From assembly GCF_000737315.1 (NCBI RefSeq), contig NZ_JMCB01000007.1, positions 62,001-126,000 on the forward strand: a DNA stretch of 64,000 nt, written 5' to 3'. The DNA comes from Hyalangium minutum (lineage in GTDB: Bacteria; Myxococcota; Myxococcia; Myxococcales; Myxococcaceae). The position numbers and the translations under genes are program-made. Of this stretch, positions 1-10,572 are shown piece by piece. The first letter of the stretch is position 1. Every line of letters begins with the position of its first letter. Under the pieces are notes generated by a model. The model ran no database searches. It was not told the DNA's origin and saw only the letters and a list, made by a program, of their open reading frames with translations.

Positions 1-954
<954 letters not shown>

Positions 955-1001
955 CGGCAGGGCGTAGCGCCTCTCGGTCCCGTGCTAGCTTCGCGCCCCC
1001 T

Positions 1002-3806
1002 TTGACCGTGGAGGCTCTCGTGCGTCGCTCGCCGTTGCTCGCTGCATTGGGTGTGATGGGGCTCGTCTGGCTGGGAGGCGCGAGCGGTTGCAGCTCGGGA
1101 GACTCGCCCACGCCGCAGCCTCCCGTGGAGCCTCCCCAGGCATCTGGAGAGAAGCTGGCGGGGCTCGAGGGGCCGGTGGAGGTCGTGGTGGATGACCGTG
1201 GGATGCCACACATCTATGCGTCGTCGCTGCATGACGCCGCGCTCGTGCAGGGCTACCTGATGGCGCGCGACCGGTTCCCGCAGATGGAGTTTCTCAAGCG
1301 GAATGTGACGGGGCGGCTGGCCGAGTTCCTCGGCTCGCTGTCCTCCACGTCGGTGGAGAATGACGTCAGCGCCCGGGTGATTGGCTTCAAGCGGGTGGCG
1401 GATCGCGTCTATGCGTCGCTGCCCGTGGGCTCTCCGGAGAAGGCCGCGCTGGATGGCTTCGCTGCGGGCGTCAACGTGTACCTCGGCGAGCTGCGCACCG
1501 GAAAGGCGAAGCTGTCTTCGGGCGCGGAGCTGCTCGGGTTCCTGCTGTCCAACCCCGCGGCGTTCACGGATTGGACGCCGCAGGACTCGGTCGCGATCGG
1601 GCGGTACCTGTCTTACTCGCTGTCGTACGAGGCGGAGCAGGATGTGGCGCTGACGAAGGCGCGCGGGGCTGCTGCTGCGGCGTTCCCGGCGGGCAACCCG
1701 CGCGCGGGTCTCTTCCGTGACTTCTGGTCGTTCGCCCCGTCGCGCGATGTGTTCACGCGCGAGGGCCAGTCGAACGGTGGGCCTGCTCCGAAGCGCAGCC
1801 TGAGCCAGACGCGGCTGCCGGACGTGGAGCTGCTCTCCCAGGCGCAGGGGTTCCTCGATGGGGCCCGGCGGCTGCGGGAGGTGTTCGGTGATGACAACCG
1901 TGGCTCGAACAACTGGGTGGTGTCCGGGGCGAAGACGGCCTCGGGAGCGCCGCTGCTGGCGAATGACCCGCACCTGTCGCTGCCGAGCCCTCCGCTCTTC
2001 TGGTACTCGCACCTGAACACGAAGCGGGCGGGAGGGAACCTGGATGCGCAGGGCATCTCGCTGGTCGGCGTGCCCGGCATCCTCCTGGGGTTCAATGATC
2101 GCATCGCGTGGGGCTCCACGACGGCGAAACACGATGTGACGGACGTGTACGAGGAGACCATCACTGCGGGCCAGAGTGGGGCTCCGGACACGGTGCTCTT
2201 CAAGGGCCAGCAGGTGCCCATCGAGATCATCACCGAGACCATCAAGGTCGCGGGCAAGCCCAATGTGGTGCTCAAGCTGGAGAACGTCCCGCACCACGGT
2301 GTCGTCATCCCCACGATTCAGAACGGCGCGGTGGTGCCTCGGACCGCGAGCAAGGCGTTCTCCGTGCGGTGGACGGGCAACGAGGTGTCGAACGAGTTCG
2401 GTGCGTTCCTCGGGCTGAACGTCGCGGCGAACCTGGCGGAGGCGCAGGAGGCGCTGACGAAGTTCAAAGTCGGCGCCCAGAGCTTCGTGGTGACGACGCG
2501 CGAGGGGGACATCTTCTGGTCCACGCAGTCCCGGCTGCCAGTGCGCGATCCTCGGGCGCTGACGTATGACCCGGTGACCCAGACGGGGCTGTCGCCCGCG
2601 ATGGTGCTGCCAGGGGATGGCAGCTGTGAGTGGATCGGCGACGAGGAGAGCCGCTTCCTGCCGCAGGACCTGAACCCCTCCAAGGGCTTCATCGCCACGG
2701 CCAACAACGACCTGATCGGCACGACGCGTGACGGCAACCCGTTCAACGATGCGCACTACATCGGGTGGGACTACGACATCGGCCACCGGATCGCCCGCAT
2801 TACGGAGCGGCTCCAGGCGCTCGTGGACAAGGGTGGCGTGAAGCCCGAGGACATGATGGTGCTCCAGGGCGATCACCGCTCGCCACTGGGCGCGCTGTTG
2901 GCGCCGAAGTTCGTGGCTGCGGCGCGGCGAGTGCAGGAGGAGCGGCGGCAGCCGGGCACGTACCCTGATCTCTCAGGCCTGGTGCAGCGGGTCTCCGCGG
3001 CGGATCTGGAGCTGCTCGTGCAGGTGGCGGGCCGGCTGGAGGCATGGTCGTTCGAGACGCCTCCTGGGGTGGACATCGGGGACGGCGCACCGTCCGCCTC
3101 GGAGGTATCCGACTCCATCGCGGCCTCGATCTTCAACGCGTCGATGGTGCGGCTGGTGAAGCTCGCTTTTGATGACGAACTCACCGCCATGGGGCAGAGC
3201 CCGGGCACCAAGAGCCTGGGGCGGCTGGTGCAGTTCGCCATGCTGGAGCCCACCCGGCTCGCGACGTACAGCGCCGCCAAGGGGGACACCGTGCTGTGGG
3301 ACAACCTCACGACGGCGGAGGTGGAGACTCGGGACGAGCGCATCGCCGCCGCGATGCTGCAGGGAGCGCTCTACCTGCGGGAGCGGCTCGGGACGGACAT
3401 GGCGCAGTGGCAGTGGGGCAAGCTGCACACGCTGACCCTGGTGTCCCTGGTGCCTCCTACGAGCGGAGAGAGCCCGGTGACGCTCCCCGCGCCCGGCAAC
3501 GCGAAGTTCCCGGTGGGTTTCCCGCGTCCCGGTGACAACTTCGGAGTGGATGCCTCGAACTCCGGGCTGACGAACCCGGAGAAGTTCTCCTACGAGAACG
3601 GTCCGGTGCAGCGGCTGGTGGTGGAGATGACGCCCTCGGGGCCTCGCGCCTGGAACGCGCTGCCAGGTGGGCAGGCCTTCGATCCGAAGAGCCCGCACCA
3701 CGCGGACGAGGCGGAGCATTGGCGCCGGAACAAGGCGCCGCCTCTGTACTTCACCGATGCGGACGTGAACGCGCACAAGGCATCGAGCGCCGCCTACGAG
3801 CCGTGA
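1002..3806 (+). CDS. Penicillin acylase family Ntn-hydrolase, probable lipoprotein
   Basis: Alpha-subunit motifs DDRGMPHIYA and QGYLMARDR; beta-subunit nucleophile GSNNWVV; LANDPHL; lipobox-like GASGC. Start codon uncertain. Confidence 0.9.
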   Translation: MTVEALVRRSPLLAALGVMGLVWLGGASGCSSGDSPTPQPPVEPPQASGEKLAGLEGPVEVVVDDRGMPHIYASSLHDAALVQGYLMARDRFPQMEFLKRNVTGRLAEFLGSLSSTSVENDVSARVIGFKRVADRVYASLPVGSPEKAALDGFAAGVNVYLGELRTGKAKLSSGAELLGFLLSNPAAFTDWTPQDSVAIGRYLSYSLSYEAEQDVALTKARGAAAAAFPAGNPRAGLFRDFWSFAPSRDVFTREGQSNGGPAPKRSLSQTRLPDVELLSQAQGFLDGARRLREVFGDDNRGSNNWVVSGAKTASGAPLLANDPHLSLPSPPLFWYSHLNTKRAGGNLDAQGISLVGVPGILLGFNDRIAWGSTTAKHDVTDVYEETITAGQSGAPDTVLFKGQQVPIEIITETIKVAGKPNVVLKLENVPHHGVVIPTIQNGAVVPRTASKAFSVRWTGNEVSNEFGAFLGLNVAANLAEAQEALTKFKVGAQSFVVTTREGDIFWSTQSRLPVRDPRALTYDPVTQTGLSPAMVLPGDGSCEWIGDEESRFLPQDLNPSKGFIATANNDLIGTTRDGNPFNDAHYIGWDYDIGHRIARITERLQALVDKGGVKPEDMMVLQGDHRSPLGALLAPKFVAAARRVQEERRQPGTYPDLSGLVQRVSAADLELLVQVAGRLEAWSFETPPGVDIGDGAPSASEVSDSIAASIFNASMVRLVKLAFDDELTAMGQSPGTKSLGRLVQFAMLEPTRLATYSAAKGDTVLWDNLTTAEVETRDERIAAAMLQGALYLRERLGTDMAQWQWGKLHTLTLVSLVPPTSGESPVTLPAPGNAKFPVGFPRPGDNFGVDASNSGLTNPEKFSYENGPVQRLVVEMTPSGPRAWNALPGGQAFDPKSPHHADEAEHWRRNKAPPLYFTDADVNAHKASSAAYEP

Positions 3807-3815
3807 GACCCGCGG

Positions 3816-3839
3816 CGGGGGCCCAGTCGTGGGCCCCCG
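3816..3839. terminator. Hairpin between convergent genes, possible bidirectional terminator
   Basis: Perfect 10-bp inverted repeat CGGGGGCCCA-gtcg-TGGGCCCCCG; no U-tract. Confidence 0.45.
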
Positions 3840-3841
3840 TG

Positions 3842-4780
3842 CTACAGGCCGGCGTAGCTCAGGGTCTTGAGCAGCCAGGACTTCACGTTCTCTCGCGAGG
3901 GGCTGTTGCCTGAGTCCAGCGTCCAGGTGAGGAGCGCGCCGGCGAACTCGCCAGCCGTGCGGTAGCGGCTGTCCAGGTCCGGCGTGAGCGCCTTGCGGAT
4001 GATCTGTCCCAGCCCTTTGTCCACTGTGTCCGGCAGGCTCACCTTTGCCGCGCGGATGGCCTCCATCACCACCTCGTCGTCCGTCTCGTTGCGGAGGAAC
4101 GGGTGGGTGCCCACCACCAGCTCGTGCAGCACGATGCCCAGGGAGAACAGGTCCGACGCGGGCGTGAGGGACTCGCCCAGCGTCTGCTCGGGCGAGAGGT
4201 AGTGCAGCTTCCCGGCGGCGACGCCGTCCTGGGGGCCGATGTTCGCCGCGCTCCCCTTGGCCACCCCGAAGTCGCCCAGCTTCACGTCCGCTTCGCCCGA
4301 GAAGAAGATGTTCGACGGGTTCACGTCCCCGTGCACCAGCTCCAGGGGCCGGCCACTGCGCGTGCGCAGTTGGTGGAAGTAGGACAGCGCCCGGAGCACC
4401 TCGATGCAGACGTGGACGGCGATGCCCACGGGGATGCGCCGCTTCAGCGTCTCGTGGGCATCCATCAGCCGCTTGAGGTCCCCGCCGTCGAGGAACTCCA
4501 TGGCGATGTAGGGCCGCCCGAAGGCCTCTCCGGACTCCAGCATGCGCACGAGGTTGGGGTGGTCCAGCAGCCCCATCAAGTCCACCTCGTCCGCGAAGGC
4601 CTCGAGGGGTACTCCCTTGCGCATCAGCTTCAGGGCCACCGAGAACTTGTCACCCCGGGGCGGAATGGCGTCCGCGAGGAACACCTCGGCCATCCCGCCC
4701 TCGCCCACGCGCGAGCGGATGATGTAGCGGCCGTAGCGCCGCGAGGGGAACTCCACGGTTCTGGCGGACCCGACTTCCAC
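3842..4780 (-). CDS. Hanks-type Ser/Thr protein kinase, catalytic domain only
   Basis: GEGGMAEVF, VALK, HGDVNPSNI, DFG, GKLHYLSPEQ, SDLFSLG. Confidence 0.92.
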   Translation of the reverse strand: MEVGSARTVEFPSRRYGRYIIRSRVGEGGMAEVFLADAIPPRGDKFSVALKLMRKGVPLEAFADEVDLMGLLDHPNLVRMLESGEAFGRPYIAMEFLDGGDLKRLMDAHETLKRRIPVGIAVHVCIEVLRALSYFHQLRTRSGRPLELVHGDVNPSNIFFSGEADVKLGDFGVAKGSAANIGPQDGVAAGKLHYLSPEQTLGESLTPASDLFSLGIVLHELVVGTHPFLRNETDDEVVMEAIRAAKVSLPDTVDKGLGQIIRKALTPDLDSRYRTAGEFAGALLTWTLDSGNSPSRENVKSWLLKTLSYAGL

Positions 4781-4836
4781 GGTCCCAGTCTACGCCACGA
4801 CCCGTGCAAGGCCACAACCCACCGCAGCCCGAGGGC

Positions 4837-5085
4837 TCAGTTCTCCTCTTCCTTGGAGAGCTCCAGGAGCAGGTCCAGGTCCTCCGCTGTGTCCATGCTC
4901 TCGAGCAGCTCGAGGTTCTCCACCACCTCCCGGTCCTCCGCCGAGAGCTTGGGCTCGGCGGGCTTGGCCTTGGACGGCTCGGAGGTCCGCGGGGGAGGAG
5001 GGGGCGACGAAGGTTGCGGTTCCGCCGCCGAGGCCGTGCCGGCATAGAGGCCAGAGGCCAGCAGGATGACGAGGAAGCGGCTCAC
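4837..5085 (-). CDS. Small secreted protein (82 aa) with acidic C-terminal motif
   Basis: Signal peptide ending TASA-A, Pro-rich linker, tail EDREVVENLELLE; 4-nt overlap with upstream gene. Confidence 0.7.
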   Translation of the reverse strand: MSRFLVILLASGLYAGTASAAEPQPSSPPPPPRTSEPSKAKPAEPKLSAEDREVVENLELLESMDTAEDLDLLLELSKEEEN

Positions 5086-5576
5086 CGGCGCCGCCTCTCA
5101 CGCATGCGCTCGCGCAGGTCCTGGCGCTGCTCGGGCGTCATCTGCCTCCAGCGCCGCATGTTCTCCATCATCTGCTCGCGGCGCTCCGGGTGCGCGCGCA
5201 GGTACTCGCGCATGCGCTTGCGCAGCTCCGCCTTGCGCTCCGGGTCCATGTTGCGGAACTCGCGGAAGCGCTCGCGCAGCAGCTGGCGCTCCTCCGGGCT
5301 CAGCCGCTGGAACTCCCGCAGGTTGGCGCGGATGCGCTCGCGCTCCTCGGGCGGCAGCTTCCGGAAGCGCTCCAGGTTGCCGCGGATGCGCTCCTGCTCC
5401 TCCTTGGGCAGCGCCTTGAACTCGCGCAGCTTGGCGCGCAGCGCTTCCTTCTGCTCCGGCGAGAGCTTCTCGAAGCGCTCGGCCGCCGTCTGGCCCCGGG
5501 CGGAGTCCTGCGCCCGAGAGGGCACTCCGAGCAGCAGTGCCACCACCACGCCGATGATCGCCAGGTTGCGTCCCAT
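5082..5576 (-). CDS. DUF3106-like secreted Arg/Glu-rich helical repeat protein
   Basis: ATG at 5576 overlaps the anti-sigma stop; signal peptide; about 7 x 18-aa repeats of type F-x-x-L-x-P-E-E-x-x-x-I/L-R. Confidence 0.78.
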   Translation of the reverse strand: MGRNLAIIGVVVALLLGVPSRAQDSARGQTAAERFEKLSPEQKEALRAKLREFKALPKEEQERIRGNLERFRKLPPEERERIRANLREFQRLSPEERQLLRERFREFRNMDPERKAELRKRMREYLRAHPERREQMMENMRRWRQMTPEQRQDLRERMRERRRR

Positions 5577-6046
5577 CACTGCACCTCCAGCTCGTGGAGG
5601 TTTTCGATGACCTCCAGGTCCTCGGAGCTGTCCAGGCCGACGATGTCGTAGTCCTCGACCAACTCCAGGTTGGCTGCGAGCTCCAGCGTGCCCGCGTCCG
5701 TCACATCCACGCTCTGCGTCTCCTGGCCGGTGACGAGGACGGCCACGCCCATCGCCGCCGCCAGCCCCAGCGAGGGCACCAGCACCGAGGGCCTCAGCAG
5801 CGCCTTCAACCGCTCCCGCAGCGGCAGCGGCAGTGCGTCCACCTTGGCCAGCACCGCCCGGCGCGTGTCGGGCGAGGGCTTGAACTCCGGCAGCGCGGGC
5901 AGGCTCGTCAGGGTCCGGCGCAGCAGTGCCTCGGTCTGGCGGCACTCCGCGCACGTGCCCAGGTGCGTCTCCACCTCAGCCCGGCGTGCCGGGGGCAGTT
6001 CCCCGTCGACATAGGCCGTCAGGTCTTCTTCAAACATACAGCTCAT
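5576..6046 (-). CDS. Zinc-finger (zf-HC2/ZAS) anti-sigma factor
   Basis: LTAYVDGEL...HLGTCAECR (HxxxCxxC), one TM segment, short acidic tail; overlaps the sigma stop. Confidence 0.88.
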   Translation of the reverse strand: MSCMFEEDLTAYVDGELPPARRAEVETHLGTCAECRQTEALLRRTLTSLPALPEFKPSPDTRRAVLAKVDALPLPLRERLKALLRPSVLVPSLGLAAAMGVAVLVTGQETQSVDVTDAGTLELAANLELVEDYDIVGLDSSEDLEVIENLHELEVQ

Positions 6047-6654
6047 GCCCTGCTCCTCGCGGGCAAGGTGCCCGCCTGCAACTCTTCAATCTTCTTCGCC
6101 ACCGCCAGCGTGGCCCGGTGGATGAGGCTCTTCACCGCCGCCTCGCTCGCCTCGAGTGCCTCCGCGATGTCCCGGTACGCCATGCCCTCGAAGCGGCACA
6201 TGGTGAAGGCCGCCCGCTCCCGCTCGCTCATTCCCTTGAGGGCCTCGCCCACGGCCCGCTCCAGCTCCCGCCCCGCCACCGCCTCGTCCGGCCGATCGCC
6301 TTCGGGCGCCGCGACGTCTACGCCGCCTTCCTCGGCGTCCTCCTGGGGCGAGGTGGGGGTGTGAGACACTCGATACTCTCCGCGCCGCACTTCGTTGAGG
6401 CAGTGGTTGGTGGCCACCCGGAACAGGAACGTCTTGAACTGCGCCGTGGGCTTGTAGGCCTTCGCGTTCCGGTACAGCTTCACGAAGATGTCCTGCGTCA
6501 GCTCTTCCGCCCGTGCTGGATCCCCCACGAAGCGGAAGGCAAACCGCGCCACGCTGGCGTGGTAGCGGTCGAACAGCAGGGCAAACGCCTTCCGGTCGCC
6601 CGCTGCCACCCGCTGCATGATGTGTGCGTCCGATTCCGGCTCCACGAAATTCAT
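6043..6654 (-). CDS. ECF (sigma-70 family) RNA polymerase sigma factor
   Basis: Region 2 AFALLFDRY...AEELTQDIF...FLFRVATNHCLN; region 4 GMAYRDIAEALEASEAAVKSLIHRA. Alternative start at 6690. Confidence 0.92.
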   Translation of the reverse strand: MNFVEPESDAHIMQRVAAGDRKAFALLFDRYHASVARFAFRFVGDPARAEELTQDIFVKLYRNAKAYKPTAQFKTFLFRVATNHCLNEVRRGEYRVSHTPTSPQEDAEEGGVDVAAPEGDRPDEAVAGRELERAVGEALKGMSERERAAFTMCRFEGMAYRDIAEALEASEAAVKSLIHRATLAVAKKIEELQAGTLPARSRA

Positions 6655-6732
6655 CAACCCAGGGGCCTTAAAGAAGTTGCGGGCCCTCATGCGCTTTGAA
6701 CCGCAGGGGCACTCCTGGGTACAGTTTTCGGC

Positions 6733-7794
6733 GTGGCGACCATGTCCGGCATACGTCCCCCCACCTTGGGGGAAGCATCCAGCGCCTCGGAAGGCGAGGG
6801 AGGCCAGGATCTTCCGATCGCGGATGTGGCGGACTGGGGACATTCCGTCCCCGAGGCCCCTCTTGAGCGGCCCGTTCCTCCCGCGCCGCCCCGGTCCATC
6901 GAGCTGGAAATCCAGGCAGTCGAGCCCGAGCTCCCAGCTGCTCGAGCCCAGGCCAGCATTCCCTCGGCCGTGCTCCCGGTAGACGAGCACCCCGTGGTCT
7001 TGGCCCCTGAGCTGGAGCCACAGGCTCCCCCTCTGAGTTCGTGGGTGATGAGGGACGCGTTCCTAGAGGTGGGGAACGATGGCCCCACCATCCAGGATGA
7101 TCCGGCGCAGATCACCGTTCATCCCAGTACGCCGTCGCTGCCCGGGACGAAGACGCCGCCTCCGGAGACGCCGCTGCCGGTGCTGTTGCTGGTGGACCAG
7201 GCCCGGAGCGCGGAGGGGCCGGAGCGGCAGGAACTCTCGCGGCGCATCAACCGTTGGTTGGACGAGATGGTGCGAGAGGGAGGCTCACGGCACGTGGCGG
7301 ACTGGTTCCACCACCTTATTGAGAGCGGACGGCTGGAGGGGCTGGCGGACGCTGCGGGCCACGCCTGCCACGAGACGGCGGTGCGGGGGCTGCTGGCCAT
7401 GGGCTTTCCGTACGCGCTGGAGGTTCGCCCCGAGGACCTGGAGCGCATCCAGCCGCGGAAGCATCAACTGCGGACCCGGAAGAGAGACCGGGATTTCAAG
7501 GCTGGGGCGGCGGGCGTCATGGTGGGAGGGGCCCTGACGGAGATGGTGCTGAACCTGCTGCGTTTCCAGCCGGCGACGGGGCTCCTCACGGTGGAGGTAG
7601 GCTTGGCGCTGATGGCCACGGCGGCCTTGCTGCTCAGCAAGCCTCGTTCGCCGCTGCGGAACATGGGGCTGGCGGTGCTGCTGGTGGTGTCGGGGCTGTC
7701 TCTTTCCCTAAGTCTTCTGGGGGGTTATGCAGGGCTGGTGTCCGGGCTGGCGGGGCTGGTGGCCACTCTCCTGTTTGCTCTCCATCGGAGCTGA
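6733..7794 (+). CDS. Hypothetical membrane protein (Pro-rich N-terminus, about 4 C-terminal TM helices)
   Basis: Long ORF divergent from the sigma gene; hydrophobic C-terminal segments. Confidence 0.6.
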   Translation: MATMSGIRPPTLGEASSASEGEGGQDLPIADVADWGHSVPEAPLERPVPPAPPRSIELEIQAVEPELPAARAQASIPSAVLPVDEHPVVLAPELEPQAPPLSSWVMRDAFLEVGNDGPTIQDDPAQITVHPSTPSLPGTKTPPPETPLPVLLLVDQARSAEGPERQELSRRINRWLDEMVREGGSRHVADWFHHLIESGRLEGLADAAGHACHETAVRGLLAMGFPYALEVRPEDLERIQPRKHQLRTRKRDRDFKAGAAGVMVGGALTEMVLNLLRFQPATGLLTVEVGLALMATAALLLSKPRSPLRNMGLAVLLVVSGLSLSLSLLGGYAGLVSGLAGLVATLLFALHRS

Positions 7795-7868
7795 GGAGCC
7801 GGGACAACATGGGTGTGTCAGAGGGGTGGACTACGGTCTACCCGTCGCGTAGTAATAGGCCTCGCGTT

Positions 7869-7885
7869 CTGAACGCGGGTTCAGG
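7869..7885 (+). promoter_or_regulatory. LexA (SOS) box upstream of recA
   Basis: CTGAACGCGGGTTCAGG matches the M. xanthus LexA consensus CTRHAMRYBYGTTCAGS at 16/17 positions, about 40 nt before the recA ATG. Confidence 0.8.
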
Positions 7886-7926
7886 TGGGCCGGGGTGGCT
7901 CACCGCATACGACTGGAGGAGTAGAG

Positions 7927-9012
<1,086 letters not shown>

Positions 9013-9041
9013 GCCTGAGCCCGTTCCGCTGAAGGAAGTGA

Positions 9042-9082
9042 CAGGGGCTGCTCGCCGCGAGGTGGGCAGCCCCTGGTTTTTT
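9042..9082 (+). terminator. Rho-independent terminator of recA
   Basis: CAGGGGCTGC/GCAGCCCCTG stem extended by wobble pairs around a GCGA loop, followed by GTTTTTT. Confidence 0.85.
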
Positions 9083-9179
9083 CCCAGGCTGGGACGTGGA
9101 ACACCCCTCCGTACGGGTGGCCTCCTGGTACGGTGCCAGGAGCCTTGGGAGGAACGGATACGTGAGGGGTGTGCGCTGG

Positions 9180-9528
9180 ATGTGGCTGTGTCTGCTGCCG
9201 CTGGTGGCCCTGGGCGGTACTGGAGAGACTCCTCGGACCGAGCAGAAGCCGCAGCCGGTGAAGTTCAACTACCTATAAGGAGTCCGGCTGTAATCCGGTG
9301 AAAGAGCTGAAGTGCCTCTGCGTGGGGGACCCTGGCCCTGCGGCGGCAGCGCTCGAAGAGATTGGCTTGGAGCGGAGCGTGGTCCAGACGAGCGGATCGC
9401 CGTGCATCAAGGGGGACTTCGATTCTGGGGGGCAGCCAAACAGGGAGGCGACGGCGCGTGGCTGGATCAGTGCACCGCAAGAATGCGGCCCTGCCCATCA
9501 ACGGCATACTCTGCTCCCGCATCCATGA
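9180..9528 (+). pseudogene. Frameshifted, probably 3'-truncated secreted Cys-containing protein
   Basis: MWLCLLPLVALGG...VKFNY stops at 9276-9278; the frame starting at 9274 continues YKESGCNPVKELKCLC...CIKGDFD. Confidence 0.5.
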
Positions 9529-9910
9529 TGGTGGAGTCGTCAAGGCCACAGCGGGCGAGGATGGGCGAGAACTGGATGAAGAAGAGGTCGTCCGTGGCCC
9601 GGAGAATGGAGATGTCATAGGTCTCCCAGCGGGAGAGGCACCTGGCGACAGGTGGATTCTCCCCTTTGAGACTTCTGCCCGGTGGCAGGAAGTCGTTCAT
9701 GGCCACCGCGAGCGCCCGGGTCGCGGCTCCTTCCGTGCGGACGCTGCCGTCGTACGAATCCGGGAACCGCACCGGCTCGGACAGCGCGGTGGGCACCCTG
9801 ACGGCCTGCTCGTATTTGTAATATCCAAAATACGAGCAGTGGGTCATGAAGAGGGAACAGCAGACAAGGAGCGCGGTGGGCCGAGCCTTGGGGGTGTGCT
9901 TACGCGTCAT
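9467..9910 (-). CDS. Hypothetical lipoprotein-like protein
   Basis: ATGA overlap with the upstream gene's stop; hydrophobic stretch ending in Cys (LFMTHC); C-terminal DAGAEYAVDGQGRIL. Confidence 0.7.
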   Translation of the reverse strand: MTRKHTPKARPTALLVCCSLFMTHCSYFGYYKYEQAVRVPTALSEPVRFPDSYDGSVRTEGAATRALAVAMNDFLPPGRSLKGENPPVARCLSRWETYDISILRATDDLFFIQFSPILARCGLDDSTIMDAGAEYAVDGQGRILAVH

Positions 9911-10481
9911 GGTATCCATTCCTCCCCCTCAAACAGGTGAACGTCTCCGTCGTCCTCGGCTTTGCCAATGGGAAACCATTGGCCCTCCCTGAGTGCAGAG
10001 ACTACCCGCGTTGCATTGTTGTAGTCGTAAGCCATGCAGGACCCTGTTCTGCCCCGGAAGAAGACCATGAGCTGGCGATCCCATACCTGTCCCGTCACAG
10101 GGTCCGCGAACCGGACGGGGAACCAGTGGGCTCTGACGCTGGTGTCTCTTCGGGAGAATGCGCGGGGGTAGGGATGCGTATGGGCGCCACCGAGTCGGAG
10201 AGGTAGCTGAGGAAGAACCCGCCATCTTGATGCGAGAAATAATGTAGCGCGCAGTACTCGAAGCCGTACGCGCCGCTGGAGGCACCGGCCTGACTCGTCA
10301 TCAATTCGCATGCGCTCGTGGCCAGGTTCTCCAGCGTGCGAAAGGGACCGGCCAGAGGGCCGTATACCTCCAAGCGCCCATCCGGAAGCCTGTGTACCCT
10401 CACGTTCGGATTGGAGGCGCCGCATCCCAACATCGCACTCAGCACCCACAGTGCTCTTGTTCTGTACATCCTCGCAAACAT
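9907..10481 (-). pseudogene. Frameshifted lipoprotein with JAB/MPN-like (DUF4329-like) HTH-P motif
   Basis: N-part MFARMY...MLGC...FEYCALHY...FFLSYLSD and C-part LGGAHTHPYPRAFSRRD...EEWIP lie in different frames, joined near 10194. Confidence 0.62.
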
Positions 10482-10572
10482 GCCGTCCCCCAATGTTCGT
10501 CACGGTGCCCGAGGTGAGTGCCGAGAGAGCATGAAGGCCCCTCCTGTGGGCAGGCTCCTGCCTGGACGGACG

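Noticed and set aside
9013-9300. recX downstream of recA
   Set aside because: A terminator follows recA and no RecX-like ORF is present
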